From the human T2T-CHM13v2.0 reference genome, Homo sapiens, in NCBI RefSeq assembly GCF_009914755.1, contig NC_060937.1: 64,000 nucleotides of DNA; one strand, given 5' to 3'. How positions within the stretch are numbered: position 1 is the first letter of the stretch; each line of letters begins with the position of its first letter. Under the pieces are notes generated by a model. That model had not been told where the DNA came from. It did no database searches and was given only the letters and a program-made list of their open reading frames with translations. This document shows, piece by piece, positions 52,627 to 64,000 of the stretch. Made by a program: the position numbers and the translations under genes.

Positions 52627-52705
52627 TTCGGTTGGTGCAAAAGTAATTGCGGTTTAGTCATTACTTTTAATGGCAGAAGCTGCAATTGCTTTTGCAGCAA
52701 CTTAC
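52627..52705. mobile_element. MADE1 (Hsmar1-derived) palindromic MITE
   Basis: 'ttcggttggtgcaaaagtaattgcggtttagtcattacttttaatggcagaagctgcaattgcttttgcagcaacttac' matches the 80-bp MADE1 palindrome; left TA TSD. Confidence 0.92.
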
Positions 52706-53680
52706 TTGTACGTGCTTGGCAATTTACATGGGCAACTTGGTATTTAAGTTTCTTCAGTGGCAATTAAAAACATTCACTGACTTTTTTGTAGTATTCATAT
52801 AATCAATAGTACAAGAACACTAATAGTTGTCATCAATTATTATAAAAAAGTAATAGTAACAATAATAATGAAGACAGCAATAATAAAAATGAAGCTTCTT
52901 TTTCTTGTAATGCAAGGGCTAAATTATGCAGAACAAATTTGTGGGTATTCAGAAGTAATTGTTCATAATCTTATTTAAGATTTGTTTTTGAAATTAGTTT
53001 CTAAAATTGTTATCCAATTTGACTCAGTTTTCTGGTTGACTAATTGGCCATTTATCACCTTCAGTACTCCAACAATGCTGTTGTTATCACCTCTTGTTTC
53101 AAGACCATGAGTGGAGAGAAACAAGTGCATGCTCTCCTACAGTAGAAAATGAAGTTACAATGGGGCTATGGTACATATGTCTTCCATCTGACTGATTTAT
53201 GAGGGAACATAACTGAGAATACCATACAAATGGAAATAGACACCAACCTAAGTAATGTGTTCTCCTATGTAGTTATACTATTGCATCTAATTCAAGCCAG
53301 ATTTAAATATAGACAGAATAGATAATTGTATAGGATTTAAACTTTGAGTGAAATTAATCATTCTCCAGGTAATTAGTCATTGCCAACCTAGAAAGATTTT
53401 TTTCTTTTACTCATTTTCAAAGGTGTGGCTCATTACTAGCCAATTATTAGGCTTGCTTGTATTCAATATCTTGTGAGCTACTTCTTAACTGTGTTCTCTA
53501 GATAAGAATTTCAATGTATTGGATGATCTTATAATTACCCCTCACAACTACGGAAGATAATATAATGTTTTTGTACATATCCAATGATAACAAGTCAATC
53601 CCTAAAGACTTTTCAGTGATATTTACAATATATATTTAATATCCTATAAGTTTCACTATACTTCAAATTGACTAAGATGA

Positions 53681-53705
53681 ATGTGCTTGTGTATGTGTGT
53701 GTGTT

Positions 53706-53740
<35 letters not shown>
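53681..53740. repeat. Compound (TG)n(GA)n microsatellite
   Basis: Direct reading. Confidence 0.93.
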
Positions 53741-55125
53741 AACAAAGGGCGACACATAAAGTTATTAGAAGTTTAGAAACTGATCTCAGATAAAAGCACT
53801 AAAGATATGCAGCACAGAAAAACACTTTCAAGATCATCTTCTTTTACTTAGCTTTACATGTTTTTTTATTTTGCATAGTATATGGATATGTACCCTTTGA
53901 TTTCCTAAAATTTTCATATAGATATAAACTTCAAATGAGAAAATCAGAAATAACTTATATTATGATGTGCTGCCTCTGAATGCAATTGCAGATTTATTTA
54001 CATTTCATAGGATATCATTGGCAGCTCTGAAGTCAGGGTATAAAATAAAGATAATTAAACATTTATTTGACTTTGCTTTTTCTATTGAATATAGACAGCA
54101 TCACTCTATGTCCTGGCGTTATAACAAAGCAAGATACAGCAACGTACTTGGTAAAATAATTTAGAAAGGATTGATGAAAGTTTGATAATAGAATACTGAT
54201 GTTCCATGATTGAAAGTAAAATACATAAAATCATTGGGTGGGCAAGAGAAGATTATTATAAACTGTCTCTAAATTCTTTGTTCAATACTATGGATCTCTG
54301 AGAATAACATTGCTATGCTTGCTTGGGAAAAAGGTATCCAGCTCAGAGCTCAACTGCGGTTGGTTATCGGTCATCAGATTATTCCATCTAGAAGACAAGA
54401 GATATCAACCTAACCTCTTCCTAAAGCATCTTGCCGGCTGACTGAGGAGTTTTGCTTCTCTTAGGCCCAGTAGATGGCACTTATATGCTATTCCAATCAA
54501 ACCAAATAGAAATAGTTTCAACTGCCAGTCTCAGCTGAATCATGTCATGATCTGAGGCTTTTTGTTCTTTCCTAGAACTAAATCTGCTTTGTTAGTCTAT
54601 TTAAAAGTAGCTTCAATCATATTGATATTTATTTTAAAACATATATTTACAATTGTATGCATACAAAATTATATGAGTAAAAAAGTTTTTAAATTAATTT
54701 TCTGTGCAGAAGGCCAAATGTGGTTAAATCTCAAGAAGAAACCAGTGATCCTATGTTCACTGTTGGTTAGGAAACATAGTAAGACATGACAGAGGGTTGA
54801 CTTTATACAAATAAATCAGGTTTATTTTATTAGAATTGGTATAATTGACATACTTTATCTTTTGTACATTTTGAGGTGTATCTTTTATACATTTTGATAA
54901 ACATACATTGTTGTGTAGCCACCGCTACAATCTCCAGTTCATTTCCACTAGCTCTTAAAGTACACTCATATCCCTTGTAGTCCCTCCTAGCTCCTTAGAC
55001 CATGCCAAAAATCGACCTAGAGTCTACCATTACAGTTACTGCCTTTTCCAGAATCTCTTAAAAATTAAGTCATATATTATCTAGGCTTTTGATTTGGCTT
55101 TTTTTACTTATAAATATATAGTTGC

Positions 55126-55414
55126 GGCCAGGAGCAGTGGCTCACACCTGTAATCCCAGCACTTTGGAAGGCCGAGGAGGGCGGATCACGAGGTCAGGAG
55201 ATCAAGACCATCCTGGCTAACACGGTGAAACCCCGTCTCTACTAAAAATACAAAAAAATAAAATTAGCCAGGCTTGGTGGCGGGCGCCTGTAGTCCCAGC
55301 TACTAGTGAGGCTGAGGCAGGAAAATGGCGTGAACTCAGGAGACGGAGCTTGCGGTGAGAGGAGATCGCACCGTTGCACTCCAGCCTGGGCGACAGAGCG
55401 AGACTCCTCTCAAA
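55126..55414 (+). mobile_element. AluY SINE essentially lacking a poly(A) tail
   Basis: Diagnostic 'gatcaagaccatcctggctaacacggtgaaacc' and 'atggcgtgaac...cggagcttgc'. It ends 'ctcctctcaaa' followed by 'tatatacatatacatatagttgc'; left flank 'aaatatatagttgc'. Confidence 0.95.
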
Positions 55415-55756
55415 TATATACATATACATATAGTTGCAATTATTTTGTGTTGTTAGAAATATAAGTAGTTCATTCCTTTTTGTTGCACAGTAGTATTTTG
55501 CTATTTATATGTGCCACAATTTTTTCATTCACCATTTGAAGTACCTTTTTAATTTCTAGTTTTTGGTGATTAATGTATATATGTATGTATCTGAAAATGC
55601 ATTTTATATTTTTTCCATTAACTCTTCTGGAGTGAAATTGTAAGAGATACGAAAAGTGTCAAACCTTTTTCAAGACGTCTGTCATTTTGCATTCACACCA
55701 GCAACAAATGAGAGTTTTAATTTCTTTGCATCTTTCTCACCACTTACTGTTAAGTC

Positions 55757-56037
55757 TTTTCTTATTTTTTTTTTTTTATTTTTTTAGACAGGGTCTTGTT
55801 CTGTCACCCAGGCTGGAGTGCGGTGGCGTGATCTCAGCTCACTGGAACCTCTGCCTCCCTGCTCAAGTGATTCTCGTGCCTCAGCCTCCTGAGCAGTTGA
55901 GAATACAGGCATGGGCTACCATGCCTGGCTAATTTTTGTATTTTCCATAGAGATGGGTTTCACCATGTTGGCCAGGCTGGTCTTGAACAACTGACCTCAT
56001 GTGATCCACCTGCCTTGGCCTCCCAAAGTGCTGAGAT
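55757..56037 (-). mobile_element. AluS/J SINE, slightly 5'-truncated
   Basis: T-tail, 'ctgtcacccaggctggagtgc...ttcaccatgttggccaggctggtcttgaac...cctcccaaagtgctg'. Confidence 0.92.
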
Positions 56038-56171
56038 ACCAGTCCTTAAACATTCTAATGTTTTACTTGTATCCATTGTGGTATAAATTTGAATTTGCCT
56101 AACAGCTAACAATGTTAAGCATCACATAATATCTTTGCCACTGATTCCTTGCTGAAGTCTCCATTTAAATA

Positions 56172-56480
56172 CTTTTCTTTATTTTAGTTTATTTTTTTAG
56201 TCAGAGTCTCACTTTGTTGCTCAGTTGGAGTGCAGTGGCTTGATCTCGGCTCACCGCAACCTCGGCCTCCCAGTCTGAAATGATTCTCCTGCCTCAGCCA
56301 CCAAGTAGGTGGAACTACAGGTACACACCACCATGCCAGGCTAATTTTCTGTATTTATTTTATAGGGACAGGGTCTCATTCTGTTGCCCAGGGTGGTCTC
56401 AAACCCCTGGGCTCAAGCAATCCATTTGTCTTGGCCTCCCAAACTATTGGGATTACAGGCGTGAGCCACTGTTTCTGGCC
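56172..56480 (-). mobile_element. AluJ SINE
   Basis: 'gggtctcattctgttgcccagggtggtctcaaacccctgggctcaagcaatcc' (J-type); ends 'gagccactgtttctggcc'. Confidence 0.92.
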
Positions 56481-58019
56481 ACATTTCCTTAGATGTATTT
56501 TAATTTCTTACTATTGAGTTGTCAGAATTTTTAATATTTTCTTTGTATTTATCTGTCAGATATTGGTCATATATATGTATATAAAATAATTTAAAGATAC
56601 TTATTTACATATACCCATTATATAACCATTAAATATGTATTTGTTCAATATATATATTTTTATTAAATATACATGTGTATATGTGAATACTATATATCTC
56701 TCCCAATCTATAATTACTGTTTCTTACTTTTAACAATGTCTTTCCAATACAAAAGTTTTAATTTTGATCCAAGTTTTTCTTCTATTTCATGCTTTTTTTT
56801 GGTCCTGAGATAATTTTGTCCAAGCTAAAATCACAAAGTTTTAACTCCTATGTTTTCTTCTATAAGTTCAATAGTTTCAGATTTTACATTTAATATATGA
56901 TTCAGTTGAAGGTGGTTTTTTATGTGGTGAAAATATGGATCAAAGTTCTTTTTTGGGGCATAGAACTATGAAATTCTATATTGTTTGTTGAAAGATTATC
57001 TTTTCTGGATTGAGTAGATTTGACATATTTGTCAAAAAATCAATTGACTATATATGTTTAAGTCTATTTTCACCCTCTATTCTTATTCATTGAATGGTAT
57101 GTCTATAGTTTTGACAATAATATGATTTATGTATTACTGCAGGCTACTAGTAAGTCTCTAAAGTTGTTCTTTTACTAAAGTGTTTAGGGTCCCCTAGTTC
57201 TTTGCTTTGCCACATCATTTCTATAATAACTTGTCTTAAAAAAATCCTGCAGGGAGTCTGACTGCCAATGTCCTTCCTGCAAGCCTGCACTACCGGCAGT
57301 CTCTCTTGTCCTCTGCCCTGCCCTTATTCCATTCCTCCAGCAGCGAAAGGAGGACTGAGAAAAAGAGGATATGAGTGAATGTGAACTTCCCTGTCTTGAT
57401 GGGAATCTCATTGTAGCTACACCGTCACACTAACCTACACTGGATATTTTGATAGCCATTAAAATTTTAGCTCATTTCTTATCAGCTTTTCTGTCAGGCT
57501 GTTCCTTCATCCCATGCTCTGCCGCAGATGAGACAGTCAAGTATTGTCTTCCCTTGACATAGGACCATCTTCCTTACCTTTCTGGCTACTCCATTTTCCT
57601 AGGATCTTACCTCTCTCATGGGTTAAAAACAAGTGCTGGCTTAGTAGTTTAGCTGGACTTTTGTCATTGCTTTTTGCTTTCTATATTACAGGTGGACACA
57701 AAATTGAGTTCTCTTTTTATTATTATTTTAAGGAATTAATCTATAAAATTGTAATATTAAACTATTTTTCTAAAACCATTTTAGAAGAGACTTTTGCAGT
57801 ATGAGGGCTTGGGTATCAACACAGGAAATTTTGAATTTGCAAGTAATGTAATTATTGACTGATACTAATTATTTTCCTAAAGGACACATTCTATTGAAGA
57901 GATTATAGTTAACAACATAGGTGTAAGCAGGAGGAAATCAACGTTAAGAAGGAGCAACCAGTAGTCAACCTTAAAGAGACTATATTTACACAGCTCTGCC
58001 AGACATAAGCATTCCTGAT

Positions 58020-58170
58020 TATCCTTTCTTTCCCTTTTCCCTTTTCTTCCTTTTCATTGTTTTCTTTTTTCTTCCTTCCTCCCTCTCTTTCTTTTTTTAC
58101 TTCCTTCCTTTTTTATTTTATTTTTCATTTTTTCTTTACTTCAATTTAATTTTCACTTACTTTCTCCCCC
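58020..58170. repeat. Polypyrimidine (CT-rich) low-complexity tract
   Basis: 'cctttctttcccttttcccttttcttcc...cttccttcctccctctctttc'. Confidence 0.85.
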
Positions 58171-60361
58171 TTATTCCTACTAGTCATCAAGCCATTTCTA
58201 AAAATCCATTCTCTTAAATGGTAAGTATACAGAAATGATGTTTTCAGTTTTAATTAGTTCACATTATAATGAATTAAAATATATAATTAATATGACAAAT
58301 GTTATAATAGAGATATGAAAAAAATTTTTGTAAACATAGCATAATACAAGATTAACTGTACTGGAGCTGGATGTAAATTGATACAAAATTGTATCTTGAA
58401 GACAATTTCAGCAGGTAGTACATGGAGATAATGGAAATTGACATTTAACAAATTACACACAAGGACCTCAATTAAAGAATGCAACATACGTTTACAAGTG
58501 TGGTAAACTAGACATCCTTGATACGTAACACTAAAATGTCCTTGAAGAGATACCAAATTCAAGTAACTGAAGATAAGATTTTAACTGGAAATAATAGCCT
58601 TTTTTCTTAGCCAAGCAAAGTGTAAGAGGTGTATGAAGCTATGAACTCAGAAAAGTTATACAAATTCTGTTTCTCTTTACAAACTCTATTCTTGTCAAAA
58701 TAGGTCAAAGTGTTGCATAAAGTTAAGATAACTTTGATGGTGCTTTCCAATTGAGAAAAAGCTTTTTTTTTAAAATTATTATTATACAGATGGCTTCCAA
58801 CAATTTCCCCCTGGAAGTTACCAGAATATCCAGTTTCTTTATTTGTAATTTAATATTGTAACTTTAATTGTTCATAAAAATTTGAAGGAATTTGATAACA
58901 ATAAACTTAATATATTTTTAAAGCAATATTTTTGTCTTTTATGACTACTTTTCTTGAAATGCAATTGATATAAGTCAAAGATACATTTTTCAATTACAAA
59001 AATGTAATAGAATGCATGCTACATAGTCTTATTTTAAGAAAAGAAAAAAGCACATATGAGACTAGTAGCATATTTTTTGGCATCAATATCAATATTTATT
59101 CATCTAATACTATTTAACAAAATATTTGATGTAGATAGACCATATTTTAGAGACTTCTTTTATGTCAAATACATTTCATCACAATGATAATCAATTTGAT
59201 TTATGCATTATATTGTTCAAAGAAATGATTACTTAAAATCTCTCAGCTTGTTAATGGTAGAGATGGCGTTAGGTAGTGCTGTGGGGCCTGCAAATATAAA
59301 CATAATGGGCTGCAAAGAGTTGAGCAAAAGGTAAATGAGCAAAGAATATTTGAGACAAATGAGATTAAGATGGGATGAATTTGAACTCATCTGTTGAGAA
59401 CTTATGCTGTTGTAGAATACCCATATTAAAAATCAAATTCAGTTTGTCCTTTGAAACATTTTATTCCAGGTTAATTAAGAGTATTTTTAATAAGACAGAT
59501 GAACAAATTAAAACAAAAAAACTTTAGTTTTTATAAAGTACAAATATAAAACTTAAATCTGATTATCATTGTAAGCATATAAACTTTGATGTCCCCTTTA
59601 ATATCAATTATGTGTGGTATATAGACTCATATATGAAAACCCATGCCTCTTTATTTTATTCACAGTTCAAATTTTCAATTTCATTTTGTACACAATAAAC
59701 ACAGATGGCTCTAAATTTGGTTGACTGCTTCTAAGTAATTTTTATGTGGATATAATTTTATCACAATGACATCTCATCAGAGTAGCGAATAATTTAAGAA
59801 TACTGTTGCAAACACATGTGTGTGTCTGTTTGTATATACATGTTTGTGTCTCTGTAGCTCTATTCATCAGGATACAAATAGTGTTAGTCATGATAATAGT
59901 AATTTTGTGATTTTAAAAATTCATTTAGCAAATCCACGTTATATTTTGTTAATATTTAAATGTGTAACATTAATAATAGTGAATACTGCTGAAAATATCT
60001 GCAATGTTAACTTAGAGCCATGATGTAAACAGAAACCAACAGAGACATATACATGCCCTGGGAGGAACAGCAACTCCCCGGCAGGAATTCTAAATTGGAG
60101 TTGGAAGAGCATTCTTTGGATCCAGTTTCAATATTGACTAGCTCTACGTAAGTTATGTAGCCCTTCAGTATTGCATTGTGTCCTTAAAATAGAAAAGGAT
60201 ATGTGTATGCTAGACTGTTTTTGTAACATACTCATGTAATGTTTGAGCTGAGTCATCTTCCTTCCAGCTTAAAACAATATTGATTATATTACAAATACAA
60301 TGATGACTATGTATATATTTGTAATATCATTTATCAGTTTTCCTTTAAAATAATAATTTTT

Positions 60362-60639
60362 CAGTAGCTCATGCCTGTAATCCCAGCACTTTGGGAGGCT
60401 GAGGCGGGTGGATCACAAGGTCAGGAGTTCAAGATCAGCCTGGCCAAGATGGTGAAACCCCTAAAAAATACAAAAATTAGCCCAGCGTGGTGGCAGATAC
60501 CTGTAATCCCAGCTACTCGAGAGTCTGAGGCAGAGAATTGCTTGAACCCGGGAGGCGGAGTTTGCAGTGAGCCAAGATCGTGCCACTGCACTCCAGCCTG
60601 GGCAATAGAGCGAGACTTCATCTCAAGAAAAAAAAAAAA
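60362..60639 (+). mobile_element. AluSg-like SINE
   Basis: 'gatcacaaggtcaggagttcaagatcagcctggccaagatggtgaaaccc'. Short internal deletion before the linker, A-tail, first ~10 bp missing. Confidence 0.92.
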
Positions 60640-63294
60640 TTTTTTTTTGAAATGACAATAAGATTGACATACACCAGTATATGTATATCCTTAATTTAAA
60701 TTCATTAGAAAAAAGGATACAAAATGTGAGAAAATCTGTTTTTATATGGATATGAGATATATACTATATCATTGCACTAATGAGAATTATTTCAAGACAA
60801 AGACAGTACATCAGTGTACCTATTTTATAAAATATTAAACATGTCTATGCTTTAAAATACTTGTCACCTATACTTTATAAGGAAGATTATAAAATTGAAT
60901 TTATTCTCATAAGGATTTACTTTTGAGCATAGAATATAATTTAATTTTTAACTACAATCACATATCTACGTTGAAATTACTTTTTATCTTTGGAGGGGAA
61001 AAGATAGCAATGACATTGCTGTAAAAGCACATTTTCTTCCTGCACTCATCTCTAAGAAAAAATAAAGCCCATAATTGTTGTTAATGTAATACATGCACTA
61101 ACATTGTATTTTTGCTATCAGTTTCTAGGCCATAATAAAGATAAATAGGCAGCTGACACAGCTTTGAAGACACTATTTCAAATGTCTGGCTTGTAAAAAA
61201 TTCATCATGCTGTCTAATACTTACCAATGAAAGTAACTCAAGGACAGCTCACTCTGTACCAGCACTTCATCATTTCAAAAAGCTTACAGCCAAAGGAGAG
61301 TTTTTAATTGTTTATGTGATATATGACTTGATTGTCTCCACTCTGCACCTAGGAAGAACAGAGTAAATTAATAATAAGCTTAGGCACCACTGCAAAAAAA
61401 GTTGCTAGGAAATTCAAGTGATTTATATCATGGTTGATGATGCTTGGACATTAGATAAATAAGGAATATCAATTTTCTTCTAAATCTCAAGTCGGAATGT
61501 AGGTTTTCCAAATTTCAGTTGAAATAATCATCTTTTAACTATGAAGGTTAGGAAGAATACAATTGTGTGTTCACATTGATGGGAAAATGGCAGATGAAAA
61601 TTGGATGACTTTCTGTACTATGTTCTTTAGCTTTGTCATACATTTATATGGAGCAGCAGGTACTGAATTTCTACAAGGAAGCAATAATGAAAAGTAATGC
61701 AGACAGAAATAGCTTGCCTCCAGCTAGACTAATGGCAAGGTCAGATTACATCAATTAAATCAGAAAGTCTCCAAGATAAAGTTCACTAATACATTCAGGG
61801 ATTTTATTTTTCCCCAAATAGATGTCTGCTTTTATAAGTAGAAAAATTTCACTGTAGTTTCATGTAGGTAACAAAATACATTGAAAAACAGTAAAGAAAA
61901 AAACAAGTAAAGTTATATAACTATATAAATACATATATATAATTTACGTGAATGGTATTTGCAGAAAGCCAAATACCTTTTTTTTGGTAAATGTATCCTT
62001 ACATTCATTGATACTGTAATGACATTGCTAGTAATAGTTGAGTTTTATTTCCACTCAGAAACAAATGTTGACCTGAGAAGTGCCTAGCCTAGTCATTTAA
62101 AAAAGTGCTATTTCTCTTATTCAATATTATTTTAAATTACATTAATCATTTGAGACATAGCATGCAAAGTTAAGAAATAGAGTAACAGTAATAGGTAACA
62201 AAAGGAGTAGGTCTGCATGGAAAATGAATTTTGGCAGTAAAAAATATATTTTTACTTCTATATTATTTTTCTTCAGAAATTAAAAGTAGTACATTGGCTT
62301 TTAATACTGCAGAAAATAAAGGAAGACTGTATCTAACACTTTCTATTAATAACCTTTACTAACTGCCTACTGTGTGCCAAACTTTGTTGCAAGAAATATA
62401 GAAAAATTGAAGATGAACTCTACATAAAGGCATCTCTTAGGTAAGTTAATAAGAAAAAGAGAAAAGCACACCAAGTAACTATTCTACATGATAATGCAAA
62501 GGTTTGAGGTAAAAGCATTGTCAGAACTGATGATTTTCAGTCAAATAATATGTGAGTAGATATATCCAATTAAATAACAATTTGTAGAAATTTGGAACCT
62601 AAGAACCCTTTCCCATTATTGTCATATTAGAGTGTAGAGAGATAAATCATAACATTTTCAATGTACAATAGTAGAAAAATAGATATCCAAAATTTTAAAT
62701 ATGAAAAAATTTAGTTTATCTATGTAAAATAAAAGTGAAGTTATAAGGATGTGTAGAAATATAAATTATATATAAGAAATCTATAAATTTTCTTATAATT
62801 TTTAAACCATCAATACAGAGAGCACGTGATCATTAAAACAATGTTTCAATTATAAACTTCTATTTTTTAATGATTTTCTGTATATAGCTTTATGTATATT
62901 CAGTGAAGAATAAATGAATTTGAATCTCAATTTTTAATCTGTGAAGTCACTAATTGAACATGATAGCTTCATGATTTTTTCAAAAAACTATTATATTATC
63001 TTCAGCAATAACATTACTAAGGTACATCAGTCTAGTTCTGAATTGGGCCTAAGTCAATTAAAAAATTTTTTATTGCATTTATTTGAAACTTACAAAAATT
63101 TAAAGAGAGGTGAGTATTTATGTAAATATTTACTCATTAATAAACTTGCATTATCAATAGATTTGTAAGGGTTACTTAGTTTCCATTAACTCATGTTTGT
63201 ATGCACACACACACAATGTATATATTTATTTTAAGTTTATTTTCTAATTTTCTCTTCTCTTTTTTGCATCCTTCTTACTGACTCATCAGTTTAT

Positions 63295-63393
63295 TTTTAT
63301 TTAATTTTCTTCAGAGGAGTAACTTATCTTGACATCATTACAAATTTTATTTAATTTTCTTCAGACGAGTAACTTATCTTGACATCCTTATAA
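63295..63393. repeat. 50-bp tandem duplication (2 copies)
   Basis: 'ttttatttaattttcttcagaggagtaacttatcttgacatcattacaa' vs 'ttttatttaattttcttcagacgagtaacttatcttgacatccttataa'; 3 mismatches. Confidence 0.95.
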
Positions 63394-64000
63394 CTTGAAA
63401 AGTAACTATTAATAATACAATTTTCTAAGCAATTCTGTTTCTATTGATGGCTCACATTGTGTTTAACCTGAATCTCATCCTTTGCACTGTCTCCATGCTT
63501 TTGTATCTTTTGCTATGAATTCCTGGAGTACCTTTAATCTTGTTTCATTTCACTGGACTTAAAGTTACTCTGGTTTGAGCATGGTTATTATCTTCTCTGC
63601 AGGGTGTTTCTTGAGTCCTCCTGCTATGTTAGGTGGGCACCTGCTGTCCAGCGCATCTCTCTCTCTCTTTAACTCCTATTATTTTTATGACCCTCCTGGA
63701 CGACAGGCTAATACAGAACAGACACTTTGGCTTATCTATTATTTTAGCTTCAGAGCCTAGCAGTGCTAGAAATATATAGTCAGTATCAAATTATTATGTA
63801 TAAAATAACTAAAGATAGTATATTGAGAAGTTATTTTTAATTTCTTTATATTTTATATAGATCTCTCACCCATACTTTTTCACAATATGTCCCCTGTTTC
63901 TTGAATCCAGCTGACATCATTCTAAAATAGATTCTTACTCTCCTATTCCTATATTACCCCATTTAATTTTTTGTGGTTTTCTTGTTCAAGGAATCTTCTT

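Larger units (their letters stand above)
54818..57250 (-). mobile_element. Old L1M (MB/MC/ME-type) 3' region hosting three Alus
   Basis: 'ttgtgtagccaccgctacaatc', 'cattttgcattcacaccagcaacaaatgagagtt', 'ttttacatttaatatatgattcagttgaagg', 'ttgtcaaaaaatcaattgactatatatg'. Confidence 0.8.

Overview
This is AT-rich primate (human/ape-like; AluY, AluS and AluJ all present) intergenic or deep-intronic DNA. I find no credible protein-coding gene, structural RNA gene or CRISPR array. The ORF track is explained by Alu, L1, LTR and low-complexity sequence or by chance. About half the window is recognisable transposon fossil. It includes a deleted HUERS-P1/LTR8 provirus with a tRNA-Pro primer-binding site (PBS) nested in an MLT1 LTR, about ten solo LTRs, eight Alus, a twin-primed L1PB, older L1M/L2/MIR fragments, and Tigger3b, MER58, MER20, MER5 and MADE1 DNA elements. 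Subfamily names are recalled from consensus sequences, not from a RepeatMasker run. I see no novel multi-gene system. The most unusual signals are locally templated copying events: (1) a ~195-bp, ~94%-identical inverted copy of ERV internal sequence lying outside its provirus; (2) a perfect 28-bp copy of nearby unique sequence dropped into a (TA)n tract, which appears to have seeded a minisatellite; (3) a 172-bp tandem duplication with a templated linker; (4) a 50-bp tandem duplication. There is also a CpG-retaining non-repeat island at ~19.9-20.2 kb that looks like a promoter/first exon or enhancer.
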